NCBI GenBank assembly: GCA_013265495.1
Contig: MU058384.1
Location: forward strand, 4,263,239-4,327,238
Direction of reading: 5' to 3'
DNA from: Vicugna vicugna
Taxonomy: Eukaryota
DNA length: 64,000 nucleotides
Notes under the pieces: model-generated
Told to the model about the DNA's origin: nothing
What the model saw: only the letters and a program-made list of their open reading frames with translations
Database searches by the model: none
Translations under genes and position numbers: made by a program
In this document: in pieces, positions 62,858-64,000 of the stretch
How the letters are laid out: each line of letters begins with the position of its first letter
Numbering within the stretch: the stretch's first letter is position 1

Positions 62858-63330
62858 GTGAGAAATGCTTCTTGTAGGGAACAGAAAGGACAAAATTAAG
62901 AAGGGAACAGTCATGTATCATCCCCACTGACTACTGTTAACATTTCCTGTTATCTTTCTAGTTGTATCCAGATGCATATATAACATATATTTTATATTAC
63001 ACATATATAATAGTTGGTATTATATCATTTATACCATTTTGTGTTCTTTTCTCGCTTAACATTGTAAGAAAACAGTTCTCTTTGCTATTAAAACTATTCG
63101 TAAATGTTGTGTTTAATGGCTGCATGGTATTTCAACATATGCTTCTGTGATCATTAAATTCATCTCTTCCCTCTTAGTCATGTAGATTGTCATTAAATTT
63201 TTAGTTCTTATAAACAACGCTGAAGAAACATCTCTGTTCAAAAAGCTTCATTGTTCTGTATTTTAGATTCTTTTCTTAGAATAGACTCTTAGTGATGGAG
63301 TTACAGGAAAAGAACAAATGTGTACATGTT
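62855..63330 (-). mobile_element. Old L1 (L1MC/L1ME-like) 3' fragment
   Basis: ACTACTGTTAACATTT...AATGGCTGCATGGTATTTC...ATAAACAACGCTG...AAGAACATC-like motifs. Confidence 0.7.
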
Positions 63331-63387
63331 ATCTTTATCATAGGAACTACTTCCTCTGCTTTTTTTTTTTTCAGGGTTAGGCTTCTT

Positions 63388-63613
63388 TTAAATTAAAGTA
63401 TAGTTGACTTATAATGTTTCAGGTGTACAGCAAAGTGATTTAGTTATACATAGACATGTATATATTCTTTTTCACATTCTTTTCCATTATAGGCTATTAT
63501 AAGATATTGGATATAGCAGTATGCTGTGCTACACAGTAAGTCCTTGTTGTTTATCTAATTTACATATAGCGGTATCTGTTAATCTCAAATTCCTAATTTA
63601 TCACCCTCCCACT
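63388..63613 (-). mobile_element. 5'-truncated artiodactyl-type L1 3' UTR with TSD
   Basis: AAATTAAAGTATAGTTGACTTATAATGTTTCAGGTGTACAGC... TSD GCTTCTT at 63381-63387 and 63614-63620. Confidence 0.88.
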
Positions 63614-64000
63614 GCTTCTTGAAATTAGCACATCCTCAGTAAACAACTACAACAATAACAGAAACTAGCTCAGAAACACAGTCGCAGGCTTGAAGGGGAT
63701 GCTGAGTCCCAGCTCCTTGCTGGACCAGGCTGTTACAGCGCCAGTCCAGAGTAGGGGGTGATGGGCCTGAGTGTTTTTTATTAGCTTTACTATTTGGCCA
63801 CAGTGTTATGAGTATTAATAGCTAAAGAGCTGTAATTGGCATTTAATGTGATCGATTCTCACAGCACCCCTGTGTGCTAAGTGGGGACTGTTATTTCTCA
63901 GAGAGGGAGAACACCGAGCAATATATTGACTGTAATCTGCCCGGGGCCCTTAAGATTTACTCACACAAGTGCTGTGCACACTGGAAAAGAATTAGGGTAA

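Larger units (their letters stand above)
37800..64000 (-). other. PDE7B: Region upstream of the internal promoter, probably an intron of the canonical PDE7B transcript
   Basis: Inferred from recalled gene structure, in which the alternative exon lies inside a large 5' intron. The canonical early exons were not seen here. Confidence 0.6.

Noticed and set aside
1-64000. Other PDE7B exons (MSCLMVE, RCGEILFEN, GDIRLRG) and any CRISPR, operon or intact transposase/RT
   Set aside because: Looked for by eye and not seen. All mobile elements are short non-coding relics.

Overview
Mammalian genomic DNA, almost certainly camelid (alpaca/llama/camel): three tRNA-derived SINEs of the Vic-1 type and artiodactyl-type L1 3' ends are present, and I saw no ruminant or pig SINEs. 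The window lies inside large introns of PDE7B (cAMP phosphodiesterase 7B), which runs on the minus strand. The only coding exon I can support is the alternative first exon at 36975-36738 (-). It reads MPVLQRYFHSAELGRRWPAPEGVLPSS...(A)LHSFP-G|gtaaat and matches, from memory, the long alternative N-terminus of human PDE7B. Its middle is hidden by a 140-N gap. It sits in a CpG-rich promoter with a 16-unit GCN trinucleotide repeat 30 nt upstream of the ATG. The rest is intron: MIR, L2, L1, MaLR LTRs, MER3/MER5A1, one CR1/L3 relic, microsatellites and three N gaps. I found no new multi-gene system. The best leads are a stop-free 77-codon frame upstream of the ATG (possible CUG-initiated, repeat-encoded Arg/Ser extension), a likely divergent antisense exon, a sense-oriented solo LTR just downstream of the exon, candidate cryptic or poison exons, and a CRE/AP-1/C-EBP enhancer cluster. 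All repeat-family names and homology calls are by eye and memory, not database searches, and old-repeat boundaries are approximate.
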